The notes under the pieces: model-generated
Databases searched by the model: none
What the model was told of the DNA's origin: nothing
What the model saw: the letters and a program-made list of their open reading frames with translations, nothing else
Shown here: piece after piece, positions 44,604-54,705 of the stretch
Layout of the letters: each line of letters starts with the position of its first letter
Position numbering within the stretch: position 1 is the stretch's first letter
Position numbers and translations under genes: made by a program
Source of the DNA: Candidatus Aminicenantes bacterium
Lineage (GTDB): Bacteria > Acidobacteriota > Aminicenantia > UBA2199
Length of the DNA: 64,000 nt
Assembly: GCA_963770755.1 (NCBI GenBank)
Contig: CAVYQZ010000006.1
Location: 91,480 to 155,479, forward strand
Reading direction: 5' to 3'

Positions 44604-46247
44604 ATGAATTTCCAGGAAGATTTGCAAGCCGTCATCAACAAGAAAGAGAATGTTTTTATCAATCCCAAGCGACGCGACCTGATCAAGGCCGTTGTGAAAA
44701 ACAAGGAAGCCCTGGTCAGCCGGAACGGCGCCCTGGCCACCTGGACACGCCTGGAATCGACCGGACGCAGCCCCAAAGACACCCTGACGGTCAGACATCC
44801 GGAGATCGAAGCGGAGATCGACTGGGATTCGGCCAACAATATCCCCCTGGCCCCGGAAACCTTCGCCATGATTTTGGCTGACGCACTGGCCTGGGTCGAC
44901 CGGAAAGAAAAACTATACATCACCGATCGGGTCGTGGGCGCGGACATCCGCTATGCCCTGCCGGTGCGTACGGTGAGCGACAAGGCCTTGACCGCCCTTT
45001 TCACGGTCACCATGTTTCGCCCCGTGCCCCGGGACATCGGTCGCAGCATCTACTACGACCAGCCCTTCACGTTGCTTGCCCTGCCGGCGGACAAGCTCGA
45101 CAAGAAGAAATACAGCGGTCGCCTGCGCACGCTGGCCGATGGATCCGCGTCGGACATGGTCGTGGTCATGGATTTCGTAAAACGTATCGGCATCGTGATT
45201 GGTTCAGCCTATGCGGGCAGCGTCAAAAAATTGATGTTTACGGTCATGAATTACCTGCTACCCAAGTCAGGCATCCTGCCGCTGCATGCCTCGGCCAACG
45301 AGGGCCCGCATGGCGACATCGCCCTTTTCCTGGGGCTGTCGGGAACCGGCAAGACCACCCTTTCGGCCGATCCGGAACGGGCGCTGCTGGGAGACGACGA
45401 ACACGGCTGGGACAAGCACGGCATCGCCAACTTCGAGTTCGGCTGCTATGCCAAGCTGATCAACCTCAACCCGGAAAAGGAACCCCAGATCTATCAGGCC
45501 ATTGTTCACGAGGCCCCGTACCTCGACCATGGCGCCATCGTGGAAAACGCCATGATGTACCCGGACGGCACCTTTGATTTCAACGACTCACGTCTGATCG
45601 AAAACTCGCGCGGCTCCTACCCGCTCTCCTTCCTGCCCAACGTCAAGAAATCCTCACGCGGCAAGCATCCCCGGACCATTATTTTTTTAACTGCGGACGC
45701 CAACGGTGTTCTGCCGCCGGTTGCCAAGCTTGACCAGGACCAGGCCATGTTCTGGTTTTTAATGGGCTACACGTCAAAATTGGCCGGAACGGAAACCGGG
45801 ATCGTCGAACCCGTTTCGACCTTTTCCCGTTTCTTCGGCCAGCCCTTCATGCCGCGTAATCCCAATGATTATGCGTCTTTGCTGGGCGAAAAAATAAAAA
45901 AACACGGCACGCAGGTATATCTGGTCAATACCGGCTGGAGCGGCGGGCCTTACGGCGAAGGGAAACGCATGGACATCAACATCACCCGGGCCATCATTCG
46001 GGCCGTCCTGAACGGGGAATTGGGCCGGGTGGCGTACCAGGAGGACCCAACCTTCCATATTAACATCCCCCAGTCCTGCCCCGGGGTCCCCTCCGAGATC
46101 CTGCAGCCCCGGAATACCTGGAAGGATGCCGACGCCTTCGAAAAACGGGCCCGGAAACTGGCCGCCGAATTCAGCGCCCATTTCGACAAGGTCTATGGCA
46201 ACAAGAACCTTCCCGCCGCTGTTTGCCGGCAGTGCCCGGGAAAGTAG
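44604..46247 (+). CDS. pckA: phosphoenolpyruvate carboxykinase (ATP)
   Basis: FLGLSGTGKTTLSADPERALLGDDEHGW and 547 aa of PckA-like sequence. Confidence 0.95.
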   Translation: MNFQEDLQAVINKKENVFINPKRRDLIKAVVKNKEALVSRNGALATWTRLESTGRSPKDTLTVRHPEIEAEIDWDSANNIPLAPETFAMILADALAWVDRKEKLYITDRVVGADIRYALPVRTVSDKALTALFTVTMFRPVPRDIGRSIYYDQPFTLLALPADKLDKKKYSGRLRTLADGSASDMVVVMDFVKRIGIVIGSAYAGSVKKLMFTVMNYLLPKSGILPLHASANEGPHGDIALFLGLSGTGKTTLSADPERALLGDDEHGWDKHGIANFEFGCYAKLINLNPEKEPQIYQAIVHEAPYLDHGAIVENAMMYPDGTFDFNDSRLIENSRGSYPLSFLPNVKKSSRGKHPRTIIFLTADANGVLPPVAKLDQDQAMFWFLMGYTSKLAGTETGIVEPVSTFSRFFGQPFMPRNPNDYASLLGEKIKKHGTQVYLVNTGWSGGPYGEGKRMDINITRAIIRAVLNGELGRVAYQEDPTFHINIPQSCPGVPSEILQPRNTWKDADAFEKRARKLAAEFSAHFDKVYGNKNLPAAVCRQCPGK

Positions 46248-46269
46248 CGCCAGAAAGGCAAGAAATCAA

Positions 46270-46358
46270 GTAAAAAGTGAAAGGTGAAAAATGAAAAAGG
46301 AAAGCCATAGTTCGAACTTGCGTGTTTTACTATTCACTTTTCACAGATTACTTTTTAC
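46270..46358. terminator. long imperfect inverted repeat rich in GTGAAA units between the convergent pckA and tsaD
   Basis: GTAAAAAGTGAAAGGTGAAAA (46270-46290) versus TTCACTTTTCACAGATTACTTTTTAC (46333-46358). The centre contains the palindrome GTTCGAAC. Confidence 0.45.
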
Positions 46359-46377
46359 ATATAGCTTTGAAAGAGCT

Positions 46378-47415
46378 CTAGCGGTGGCGGCCGTTCTGCC
46401 TGAATTGAGCCCGGGAGTATGAATTGAGATACAGGTCAAAATAATTTAAATTTGGATAGGCCTGGTATTTTTCATAACCAAGCCAGGCGATCATGGCGGC
46501 ATTGTCGGTGCAATAAACCGGATCAGGCAAATAAAGTTTTATCCCCAAAGATAGACATTCTTGCGTAAAACGGCTGCGCAGCAATGAATTGCGGCTGACT
46601 CCGCCTGAGACAATTAATGAACGAATCGGATATTTTTTTACAGCAGCCAGCGTTTTTTTAAGTAAATAGTCGACCAGGGCACGCGAAAAAGACGACAGCA
46701 AATCAAAAAAATCCTGCGTGTCAGGCTGAATGTTCAACTTTTTAGCCTGGCGCAATACCGCCGATTTGTAACCGGAAAATGAAAAGTCATCGCCACCGTC
46801 ACTCATGCGTGGCATGGAAAAGGCAAAACGACCAGAATCACCCTTGGCATACAAACCATCCAGCAGTGGCCCGCCCGGATATCCCAAGCCAAAATACTTG
46901 GCAATCTTATCCATTATTTCCCCGGCGGCATCATCCCTGGTCTTGGCAACTATCTGGCTATCGAATTTATCTTTTTGATAAAAAAGCGAAGTGTGCCCCC
47001 CCGATACCACCAGTGCCAACAGCGGATATTTAATTCCCGTATGAGTGATGAAAGGCGCTTCAATATGGGCCGCGATATGATCCACTGCTACCAAAGGAAA
47101 CTTCTGAACCAAAGCCAGCCCCTTGGCAAAAGCCAGCCCGATGAGCAGTGATCCGATCAGCCCCGGCCCCTGAGTCAAAGCCAACAGATCGACATCCTTC
47201 ATTCCGATCCCGGCTTGCTGCAATGCCTGGCGGGTCAGGAGGTCGATCACTTCGTAATGAGTCCTGGCCGCTATTTCCGGGACAATGCCGCCGTAAGGCG
47301 AATGCAGCGGGGTTTGCGATTTGATCGACTCGGACAAAACCGCGTTTTTATCGCCCCGTTCCACAATGGCGACTGCGGTTTCGTCGCACGAAGATTCAAT
47401 GCCTAAGACAAGCAA
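46378..47415 (-). CDS. tsaD: tRNA N6-adenosine threonylcarbamoyltransferase
   Basis: LVLGIESSCDETAVAIV ... HIEAPF.. ..VSGGHT. TTG start. Confidence 0.95.
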   Translation of the reverse strand: MLVLGIESSCDETAVAIVERGDKNAVLSESIKSQTPLHSPYGGIVPEIAARTHYEVIDLLTRQALQQAGIGMKDVDLLALTQGPGLIGSLLIGLAFAKGLALVQKFPLVAVDHIAAHIEAPFITHTGIKYPLLALVVSGGHTSLFYQKDKFDSQIVAKTRDDAAGEIMDKIAKYFGLGYPGGPLLDGLYAKGDSGRFAFSMPRMSDGGDDFSFSGYKSAVLRQAKKLNIQPDTQDFFDLLSSFSRALVDYLLKKTLAAVKKYPIRSLIVSGGVSRNSLLRSRFTQECLSLGIKLYLPDPVYCTDNAAMIAWLGYEKYQAYPNLNYFDLYLNSYSRAQFRQNGRHR

Positions 47416-47432
47416 AGCGCAGTTCCTTGCCT

Positions 47433-47882
47433 TTACTTGATATCCATCAATTTGGATATTTTTGTCCAGGCCTGTTTGCGAAATGTTTCGTACTGGTTGA
47501 TATCGTTCTGGGCGCGGCTGGCTATGTACTTGAGCAGGGATTCCGTTTCTCCCGTTAAATCATCCATAATGGAAATCATTTCCAGGAATGTTCCGCGGTC
47601 TTCCTGGGTGATTGAAAAGTCGGTCAATTCCTTGACTATTTTTCTGGACGTTTTTAAAAATGACAGATTGGTGTTCAGCAGGGACTTGGCGTCATCGGGT
47701 GAATAGATATTTTGGGTCCAGATATCGGCGATCATACCGATATTTAAATACGTTTGATAGAGAAAAGCGGCTCCGAAATTACCCATGCTGAAGAACATTT
47801 TTTCTTCAAGTTTCGAGCTGTAGGAAAAAAGAGAGACGGCCAATAGCGGAATCAGGACAATCAAGGCGATCTTTTTTTTCAT
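47433..47882 (-). CDS. secreted protein, unknown function
   Basis: Signal peptide MKKKIALIVLIPLLAVSLFS, 149 aa. Confidence 0.5.
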   Translation of the reverse strand: MKKKIALIVLIPLLAVSLFSYSSKLEEKMFFSMGNFGAAFLYQTYLNIGMIADIWTQNIYSPDDAKSLLNTNLSFLKTSRKIVKELTDFSITQEDRGTFLEMISIMDDLTGETESLLKYIASRAQNDINQYETFRKQAWTKISKLMDIK

Positions 47883-48007
47883 GTTTCCTCCATGTCGGCT
47901 ATCATAACAAATGCCCGTTCATTTCTCAACCGCTCCATGGGCTTTATCGGCACTCCAATCGATGCTGGAGGAGTTGAATTCAGGTTGGCACCGGCCGGGG
48001 GACTGAC

Positions 48008-48526
48008 TTACCAATCACGGTAGTAGGTGCCGTCCAGAGCTTTTTTATTGGAATCGCAGTAGACATCCCAGACGTTTTGCCCGCCCCAGTTTCTGGAATC
48101 GAACTTGTCCTGGAAGGAGCGCAGCCCCCATTCATAGGTGGAGTTGACGGGATCGTAGGGGATCCGCCGCAAAAACTTGGCTATCCGTGATTTGCTTTTT
48201 TTGTCTTTATAGGTAACACCCTTGACCAGATCTGCCAGTTTTTCCGGATAGCCGTATGTGTCTTCGTCCGTATCAATCTTGTTTTCCTCACAGAATTTTC
48301 TATAGTCATCGATGGCCGTACGCATCATGCGCAAGGCCCGTCGCAATTCAATTTCTTTTTCGCGCTGGAATGCATTGTGCGCCAGGGGAATAGCGGCTGC
48401 GGCTAGTACGGCGATGATCAGGGTGACTGTAATGACTTCGACCAAAGTGAAGCCGCGGTATTGACGAGTTGCTTTTAAAACTTCCGTGTACTTGGGCACA
48501 GGCTGCTGTTCAGTGCGCCGCGTCAT
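48008..48526 (-). CDS. GspG-like type II secretion pseudopilin / type IV pilin-like protein
   Basis: Prepilin-type N-terminus RGFTLVEVITVTLIIAVLAAAAIP. The C-terminal part reads ..YGYPEKLADLV...IPYDPVN..YEWG. ATG 48526. Confidence 0.7.
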   Translation of the reverse strand: MTRRTEQQPVPKYTEVLKATRQYRGFTLVEVITVTLIIAVLAAAAIPLAHNAFQREKEIELRRALRMMRTAIDDYRKFCEENKIDTDEDTYGYPEKLADLVKGVTYKDKKSKSRIAKFLRRIPYDPVNSTYEWGLRSFQDKFDSRNWGGQNVWDVYCDSNKKALDGTYYRDW

Positions 48527-48564
48527 TTTCACCCCTGCCCGGCAAACTCACCGTGACCGAGGGT

Positions 48565-50649
48565 TCAATGTTCCTCGGGACTCGAATTGTTTTCCAGTGC
48601 CTTGTGACTCAGTTTCATTTTATTGTCCCGGTCCAGCGCCAGCAGTTTGACATCGATCATCTGCCCCAGCTTGAATTCCTGGTGAACATCACGGATACGG
48701 CGGTGGGAAATTTCCGACACGTGCAGCAAACCGGTCACGCCGGGCATGATCTCGACGAACAACCCGTAATCCTCAATGCGATTGATTTTTCCGTTGTATA
48801 CTTTGTTGACTTCCGGTGAGCTGGTCATGGCTTCGATACGGGCGATCACCCTTTCTCCGATTTCCCGGTTGGCCGCGGCGACGGAAACCTTGCCGTCGTC
48901 CTCGGCATTGATCTTGACGTTAAACGTAGCCACGAGCTCTTTGATGTTCTTGCCGCCCGGGCCGATCAAATCCCTGATCTTGTCGACGGGTATATACATG
49001 GTCAAAATTACCGGGGCATATTCGGAAAGTTTTTCCGAAGGGGCGGGGATGGCCGCCTTCATTTTGCCGAGAATGAACAAATAAGCCTTGCGGGCGTCAT
49101 CGATGGTCCGACGAATAATTTCATCGGTCAAGCCGTTGATCTTGATGTCCAGCTGTATGGCGGTGATGCCTTTTTCAGTTCCGGCCACCTTGAAATCCAT
49201 GTCGCCAAAATGGTCTTCGTAACCGGCAATGTCGGTTAAAACCGCGAAGTCATCGCCTTCTTTGACCAAACCCATGGCGATCCCGGCCACCGGAGCCTGG
49301 ATGGGCACGCCGGCGTTCATCAGGGCCAGTGTGCCGCCGCAGACCGTGGCCATCGAAGAAGAACCGTTGGATTCCAAGATGTCGGAAACTACGCGGATCG
49401 TGTAGGGGAAATCCTCACTGCTGGGGATGACTTTACTGATGGCTTTTTCAGCCAGGTTGCCATGGCCGATTTCGCGGCGCCCAGCCCCGCGCAGAAAACT
49501 GACTTCGCCTACGGAAAAAGGCGGAAAATTATAGTGCAGCATGAATTTTTTTGTGGATTCGTCACCGTTGAGATTGTCCAGCCTTTGCGCATCGTCCTCG
49601 GAACCCAAAGTCACGGTCGACAGGGATTGGGTTTCACCCCGGGTGAACACGGCCGAGCCATGAACCCTGGGCAACACTCCCAATTCGATGGTAATGGGCC
49701 GGATTTCATCGAAATTTCGCTGGTCGGTCCGTTTTTTCCCCTGCAGCAGGGTGGAACGGAAAATTTGTGTTTCGACTTTTTCAAAGGCGGCCTTGATTTT
49801 GGCAATCACCGTTTCATCCTCTTCGCCTTGAAGGATTTCGTCCTTGATGGCCTTGATTTTCAGATGACGCAACACCCGATCCTGGGTAAAAATGGCGTCC
49901 CGGATCGGAGTAGAAAATTTGCTGCGGATGTCCTCGACCAAGGCAGCCGCCTCGGGTTTGGCCGGCACAACCATTTTATCGGGATTAATGAGCTCTTTTT
50001 GCGCCTGGCAGATGCGAGCGATGACTTCCTTGGCCCGGCGCAAGCCTTCCATAAATACGTCTTCACTGAATTCATTGCCGCTGGCTTCCAGCATGACCAC
50101 TTCCTGTTCGGTTCCGGCCACCATGAGGACCATGGCCAGTTCTTTCAGGGAATTCTGGCCCGGATTGATTGTATATTGCCCCTCTTTCCAGCCGATTTTA
50201 ACCGCTCCCAGAGGCGTATGGAAGGGGATTGTGGAGGACAGCAGCGAAGCGGAAGCGCCGATGATGCCCAACGCGTCATAGTCGATACTGAAATCGGCTG
50301 AAAGCAACAAGGCGATCACCTGGGTGTCATGGTTGTAATTTTCGGCAAAAAGCGGCCGGATAGGCCGATCGATCAGCCGGGAAAGGAGAATTTCTTTTTC
50401 AGACGGCCTGCCTTCCCGCTTAAAAAAACCTCCGGGAATTTTACCGGCGGCATAAGTGTTCTCCCGAAAATCGACCATCAGCGGCAAGAAATCCTGAGCG
50501 GCTTTTGCTTCTTCCCTCATGTTGGCGGTTACCAGGAGCATATTGTCCTTATAGGTGATCAAGGCTGAACCGTTTGACTGGCGTGCCCAGCGGTGAATGT
50601 CGATTTTTATTGCAGAACCGTCAATTTCTATTTCAATAGTTTTTTGCAT
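48565..50649 (-). CDS. pnp: polyribonucleotide nucleotidyltransferase (PNPase)
   Basis: 694 aa with two RNase PH domains, a KH domain and an S1 domain (..GKINRIEDYGLFVEI..GLLHVSEIS). Confidence 0.97.
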   Translation of the reverse strand: MQKTIEIEIDGSAIKIDIHRWARQSNGSALITYKDNMLLVTANMREEAKAAQDFLPLMVDFRENTYAAGKIPGGFFKREGRPSEKEILLSRLIDRPIRPLFAENYNHDTQVIALLLSADFSIDYDALGIIGASASLLSSTIPFHTPLGAVKIGWKEGQYTINPGQNSLKELAMVLMVAGTEQEVVMLEASGNEFSEDVFMEGLRRAKEVIARICQAQKELINPDKMVVPAKPEAAALVEDIRSKFSTPIRDAIFTQDRVLRHLKIKAIKDEILQGEEDETVIAKIKAAFEKVETQIFRSTLLQGKKRTDQRNFDEIRPITIELGVLPRVHGSAVFTRGETQSLSTVTLGSEDDAQRLDNLNGDESTKKFMLHYNFPPFSVGEVSFLRGAGRREIGHGNLAEKAISKVIPSSEDFPYTIRVVSDILESNGSSSMATVCGGTLALMNAGVPIQAPVAGIAMGLVKEGDDFAVLTDIAGYEDHFGDMDFKVAGTEKGITAIQLDIKINGLTDEIIRRTIDDARKAYLFILGKMKAAIPAPSEKLSEYAPVILTMYIPVDKIRDLIGPGGKNIKELVATFNVKINAEDDGKVSVAAANREIGERVIARIEAMTSSPEVNKVYNGKINRIEDYGLFVEIMPGVTGLLHVSEISHRRIRDVHQEFKLGQMIDVKLLALDRDNKMKLSHKALENNSSPEEH

Positions 50650-50668
50650 ATATCTCTCCTGAATGGAT

Positions 50669-50938
50669 TTACTTTCTCAGCTCAAGTTCCTGAATTATTT
50701 TTAAATATTTTTCATAATTGGTTCTACGCAAATAATTCAACAGTTTTTTTCTGGTGGAAACCATTGTCAACAATCCTTTCCGGGAATGGTTGTCTTTTTT
50801 GTGGGTTTTAAAATGCTCGGTCAAATGGCGGATTCTTTCAGTTAAAATGGACACCTGAACTTCGGATGAACCGGTATCTTTGCTGTTTATCTGAAATTGC
50901 CCGATTAATTTCTGCTTGCCTTCCTTGGTAATGCTCAA
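50669..50938 (-). CDS. rpsO: 30S ribosomal protein S15
   Basis: [39 protein letters not shown] start with SD AAAGGAGGA. Confidence 0.95.
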   Translation of the reverse strand: MSITKEGKQKLIGQFQINSKDTGSSEVQVSILTERIRHLTEHFKTHKKDNHSRKGLLTMVSTRKKLLNYLRRTNYEKYLKIIQELELRK

Positions 50939-51032
50939 AATATCCTCCTTTCATTTCAACGAATTTAGCCTATATTTTATCAGAAAAGTATCCCCTTGTA
51001 AACTATTCCCTAAAAATTAGCGGGTTCCGGTT

Positions 51033-52580
51033 TTATTTCACTAAAAAATCGCTGAATTCAATGTGATGCTTTTCCAGGGTGGAACCCAACACCTTGTTGA
51101 CCCGTGAAAGGGCCAGGTTGTAGTCGATCAGGGATTTCAATTCCGCGATCAGGGCGTTTGAAAAATCGCGCTGGTACTGCAAAACCAGGTAGTTGGTCGA
51201 AAGGCCGACGGCCAGTTTTTTCTGCTCGGCCGACAGTTTTTGTTCGGCCAGCTCCTTGGAAATGCGATTGGCTTCAACTATTTTCAGGTTGGTTTCCAGG
51301 TCCATGACTATTTGCTTCACTTCGGAATAAATTGTGCTTTCAATTTTTTTCAGCTGCAGCAGGGATTGCCTTAAATTCAATTTGGCTTGCGCCATATCGG
51401 CGCGGGCCGAAGTGTTCAGCACCGGAATGGACAATTGCAAGCCAATGGAGAAATTGCGGTAGGTGTTTTTCCAGGCTTCCGAAAGGGAATCGTTGAATCC
51501 GCCCTTGACGGTATCGATTATTTTGGAATCGGGCAGCAGGGGGTTGCCGTCCCAAATCAACTGGTCGCCGCTCAATCCCGATGTGTAATAGGTTGCTGCA
51601 AGCTCAAGATCGGGCAGCAGCTGGTTGCGGAAATAGCGGACATCGATGTTTTTATTTTTTAAATCAATGCGCACCTGTTCGATATCGGGTCGCTTCTCGA
51701 GCGCTTCGAGCAGGAACTCGTCAAAATCAGCGGTCATCGGGACAAACAGGGGCTTGTCCTGGGGGATAATGGTTGCCGGCATTTCGCTGACATTCAAAAT
51801 CCGGCGCAAATTTTCTTCATAGGTCTGGATCTGGCTCTGGGCTTGCAGCGTTTCGCTTTCGCGGGAGGCCACCTCGGCCTGGGCGGTCAGGATGTCCATG
51901 GGCGCTGAAACTCCCACTTTGACCTGGGTTTCATTTTGCTTGAGCAGATCCTTGGCCAATTGCAGTGATTTTTGCTTCACTTCGAGGTTTTGGTGGGAAT
52001 AGACCAGGTTCCAATAAGCCTCTTCGGTTTGATAAATCAGATTGATCACCGTTTGTTTCAGAGCAAAAATCGATTTGTCGCGATTATTTCTGGCGATGCG
52101 AATATTTCTCTGGGTGCTGCCGACGCCGAAATTTTTCAGCAGCGGTAGCGTTAAATTAAAGGTCAGCATTGAATTGTAGCGGGGGTTGTAGCTACTGTAG
52201 CGGGAATTGGTTTCAAAGCGGTTGCTGCGCAAGGTGACGTCCAGCGCGCCGCCGATTGGCAGTCTCTGGGACAATCCCAGGGTGAAAGCGGAATTTTTTG
52301 TGGTTTCGATATCGGCCCCGGTCAGGGCGCTGGAGCTGGGGCTGTTGTTCTCGCCGTTGCTGAGATCAAGGCTCAGGTTCGGATCAAAGATTGCCGTGCT
52401 CTTGCGCCACAATGCCCGATATATCTGTGGATTGGTCATTTCGATTTGCAGGTCAAGGTTGTTTTTCAAGGCCTGCTCGATGACCTCTTCAAGGGTCATG
52501 GATTGGATATCTTTATCCAAAGCAAAAACCGCTCCACTGATCAAAAAAACAGCCAATAGCCAACAATAAACTTTTTTCAT
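51033..52580 (-). CDS. TolC-family outer membrane efflux channel
   Basis: Signal peptide, LTLEEVIEQALKNNLDLQ, and two-fold repeat architecture. No adjacent MFP or pump genes. Confidence 0.85.
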   Translation of the reverse strand: MKKVYCWLLAVFLISGAVFALDKDIQSMTLEEVIEQALKNNLDLQIEMTNPQIYRALWRKSTAIFDPNLSLDLSNGENNSPSSSALTGADIETTKNSAFTLGLSQRLPIGGALDVTLRSNRFETNSRYSSYNPRYNSMLTFNLTLPLLKNFGVGSTQRNIRIARNNRDKSIFALKQTVINLIYQTEEAYWNLVYSHQNLEVKQKSLQLAKDLLKQNETQVKVGVSAPMDILTAQAEVASRESETLQAQSQIQTYEENLRRILNVSEMPATIIPQDKPLFVPMTADFDEFLLEALEKRPDIEQVRIDLKNKNIDVRYFRNQLLPDLELAATYYTSGLSGDQLIWDGNPLLPDSKIIDTVKGGFNDSLSEAWKNTYRNFSIGLQLSIPVLNTSARADMAQAKLNLRQSLLQLKKIESTIYSEVKQIVMDLETNLKIVEANRISKELAEQKLSAEQKKLAVGLSTNYLVLQYQRDFSNALIAELKSLIDYNLALSRVNKVLGSTLEKHHIEFSDFLVK

Positions 52581-52621
52581 CGTCTAGCCTCCGGGTTAAG
52601 GATATTATACGCACAGCAAAC

Positions 52622-52653
52622 AAAAAAGTTCCCTGTTTCTTGCAGACGGGAAC
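52622..52653 (-). terminator. rho-independent-type terminator after the cysteine synthase-like gene
   Basis: On the minus strand, GTTCCC-N14-GGGAAC followed by TTTTTTG. Confidence 0.55.
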
Positions 52654-52682
52654 GGCGGCGGCTGAATAAAATCGAACGGCAG

Positions 52683-53663
52683 CTACATCATGCCCCTGTC
52701 TTTCAGCCACTCATCGTTATATATTGTACTCAAGTAACGGGAAGCGCCGTCGGGAAAAATCGTGACCATGCGCGCCGGCCGCTTTATTTTTTTCGCCAAC
52801 TGGCGTACCCCCCACAGGGCCGCGCCGCTGGACCCCCCGGCCAGGATACCTTCACGCAGCGCCAATTCCCTGGCTGCCAGGAAGGCTTCCTTGTCGCTAA
52901 CCTGGAACATGTCGTCGATGACGCTGAAATCGGCACAGTGGATCAGGAATTCATCGCCCAGTCCTTCCAGCAGATACGGGCCCGGTTTGACCTTCTTACC
53001 GCTGCGAAAATAGTCGTAAAAGACCGAGCCGACGGGATCAATGGCCACGACCTGGATGTTGGGGTCCTTTTCTTTCAAAAAGCGGGCCGTGCCGCCAATA
53101 GTGCCGCCGGTGCCGATCCCGGCCACGAAATAATCGATCTTGCCCTGCATTTGTTCCCAGATTTCCGGACCGGTGCCCAGGTAGTGGGCTTCATTATTGT
53201 CGCGATTGTTGTGCTGGTCCGGGAAATAGCAATTCGGCGTCTCTTTGGCCATGAGCGGGGTGATATTATTATAGGAGTAAGGAGATTCGGGCGGCAGGGA
53301 ACTGTCCACCATGTGGATCTCGACCCCCAGGGCCTTCAACTGGTCGAGTTTTTCCTTGCTGATGCGGTCGCGAACGACGACTTTCAAACGATAGCCCTTC
53401 TGAATGGCGATCATGGCCAGTCCCATGGCGGTGTTGCCCGATGAGTTTTCGATAATCAGGTCGCCCTTTTTTATCTTTCCTGTTTTTTCCGCTTTTTCGA
53501 TCATGTAGCGGGCGATGCGGTCCTTGCAACTTCCCATGGGGTTCAGGAATTCCAGTTTGGCGAAAACCTCGCCTGCGATGTCGGTGGCCACGTGATTGAG
53601 TCTGACCATGGGCGTATGGCCCACACAGTCGACGATGCTGTTATAGCTTTTTTTGTCTTTCAT
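52683..53663 (-). CDS. PLP-dependent cysteine synthase / cystathionine beta-synthase family enzyme
   Basis: NPMGSCKDRIA (PLP Lys), ENSSGNTAMGLA, GIGTGGTIGG. Confidence 0.85.
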   Translation of the reverse strand: MKDKKSYNSIVDCVGHTPMVRLNHVATDIAGEVFAKLEFLNPMGSCKDRIARYMIEKAEKTGKIKKGDLIIENSSGNTAMGLAMIAIQKGYRLKVVVRDRISKEKLDQLKALGVEIHMVDSSLPPESPYSYNNITPLMAKETPNCYFPDQHNNRDNNEAHYLGTGPEIWEQMQGKIDYFVAGIGTGGTIGGTARFLKEKDPNIQVVAIDPVGSVFYDYFRSGKKVKPGPYLLEGLGDEFLIHCADFSVIDDMFQVSDKEAFLAARELALREGILAGGSSGAALWGVRQLAKKIKRPARMVTIFPDGASRYLSTIYNDEWLKDRGMM

Positions 53664-53766
53664 GGATTGTTTCCTTGAAAAAATCGCAGGCGAAACGGAT
53701 ATTCTATATGAAATCGCTATCCCTGTAAAGGATCTGGCAGCGAAACCGGCTCTGTTTCCAGCCCAA

Positions 53767-54705
53767 TCAGATTTTTCTGGCGAACACGTTGGCCAAACCG
53801 AGTGAACCGACGGTGATAAAAAGCCGGCGCAGGGGTTTACGGCGCCCCAGCCAATGCAGTGTTGATTTCAGCGGTGCCAAGCGCACCCGTTTTTCCAGCT
53901 TGTCGAGAAAGTACCCCAGCCTGAGGACGCGAACATGGCGCCGCCAAACCAGCACCTCGAAGCCGCACTCGTTCAAGAGGCGATTCAGGGTCGGTTTGGA
54001 AAAATGGACCACGTGCATATCCATAAAAAAGGGATAGCGACTACCCAGCAAGCGGGCGGCCAGACTGTCGACGAGGTGGGTGCTGATCGCGACAATGCCG
54101 CCGGGCTTGAGCAGCCCGTGAATATCCTTCAACAAGGCGGCGGGATGGCTCAAGTGTTCAATCACGTCCCAGAGGCTGACCACGTTGAAGCTTATCGGTT
54201 CCAGAGCGCATGTCTCCAATGTTTTGCAATAGACTTGCCCATAGCCGCCGTGATTAGCAATGGCCGCCGCCCAGGCGCTCAATTCCACGCCGCTCACGCT
54301 CCAGCCTGATCGGGCGGCCAATTTCATAAACACTCCCGTATAACAGCCGACATCCAGGAGCCGGCCCGGAGGGGCTGCCACATGTTGCAACTGGCGCAGC
54401 GAGCGCGTAAAAGTACGCTCTCTGGCCGCTTGTTCTTCAAGGTAAAGAGGGTCTTCCACGGCACGATAGATCTCCAGCACCTGCTTGGGATCCAACTGGG
54501 GATTGCTGAAGATCAAGTGGCAGCGGTTGCACTGGACTATATCGCCGTGCCGGGAAAGGTATGAGGAAGTGCAGCGGAAATGTTCTGCTGTCATGGTTTC
54601 CCGGACTCCTTTGCTGGCGGGGTAGCGGAGGCTAAAATCGGGGCTGCCGCACAGAGGGCAATTCACGCTGATATAAGCCAGCGCTTCGTTTTTCATGTTA
54701 GGCAC
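53767..54705 (-). CDS. class I SAM-dependent methyltransferase with an N-terminal Cys4 zinc ribbon
   Basis: CPLCGS...CNRCHLIF, SAM motif LLDVGCYTG, and LKPGGIV. Confidence 0.75.
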   Translation of the reverse strand: MPNMKNEALAYISVNCPLCGSPDFSLRYPASKGVRETMTAEHFRCTSSYLSRHGDIVQCNRCHLIFSNPQLDPKQVLEIYRAVEDPLYLEEQAARERTFTRSLRQLQHVAAPPGRLLDVGCYTGVFMKLAARSGWSVSGVELSAWAAAIANHGGYGQVYCKTLETCALEPISFNVVSLWDVIEHLSHPAALLKDIHGLLKPGGIVAISTHLVDSLAARLLGSRYPFFMDMHVVHFSKPTLNRLLNECGFEVLVWRRHVRVLRLGYFLDKLEKRVRLAPLKSTLHWLGRRKPLRRLFITVGSLGLANVFARKI

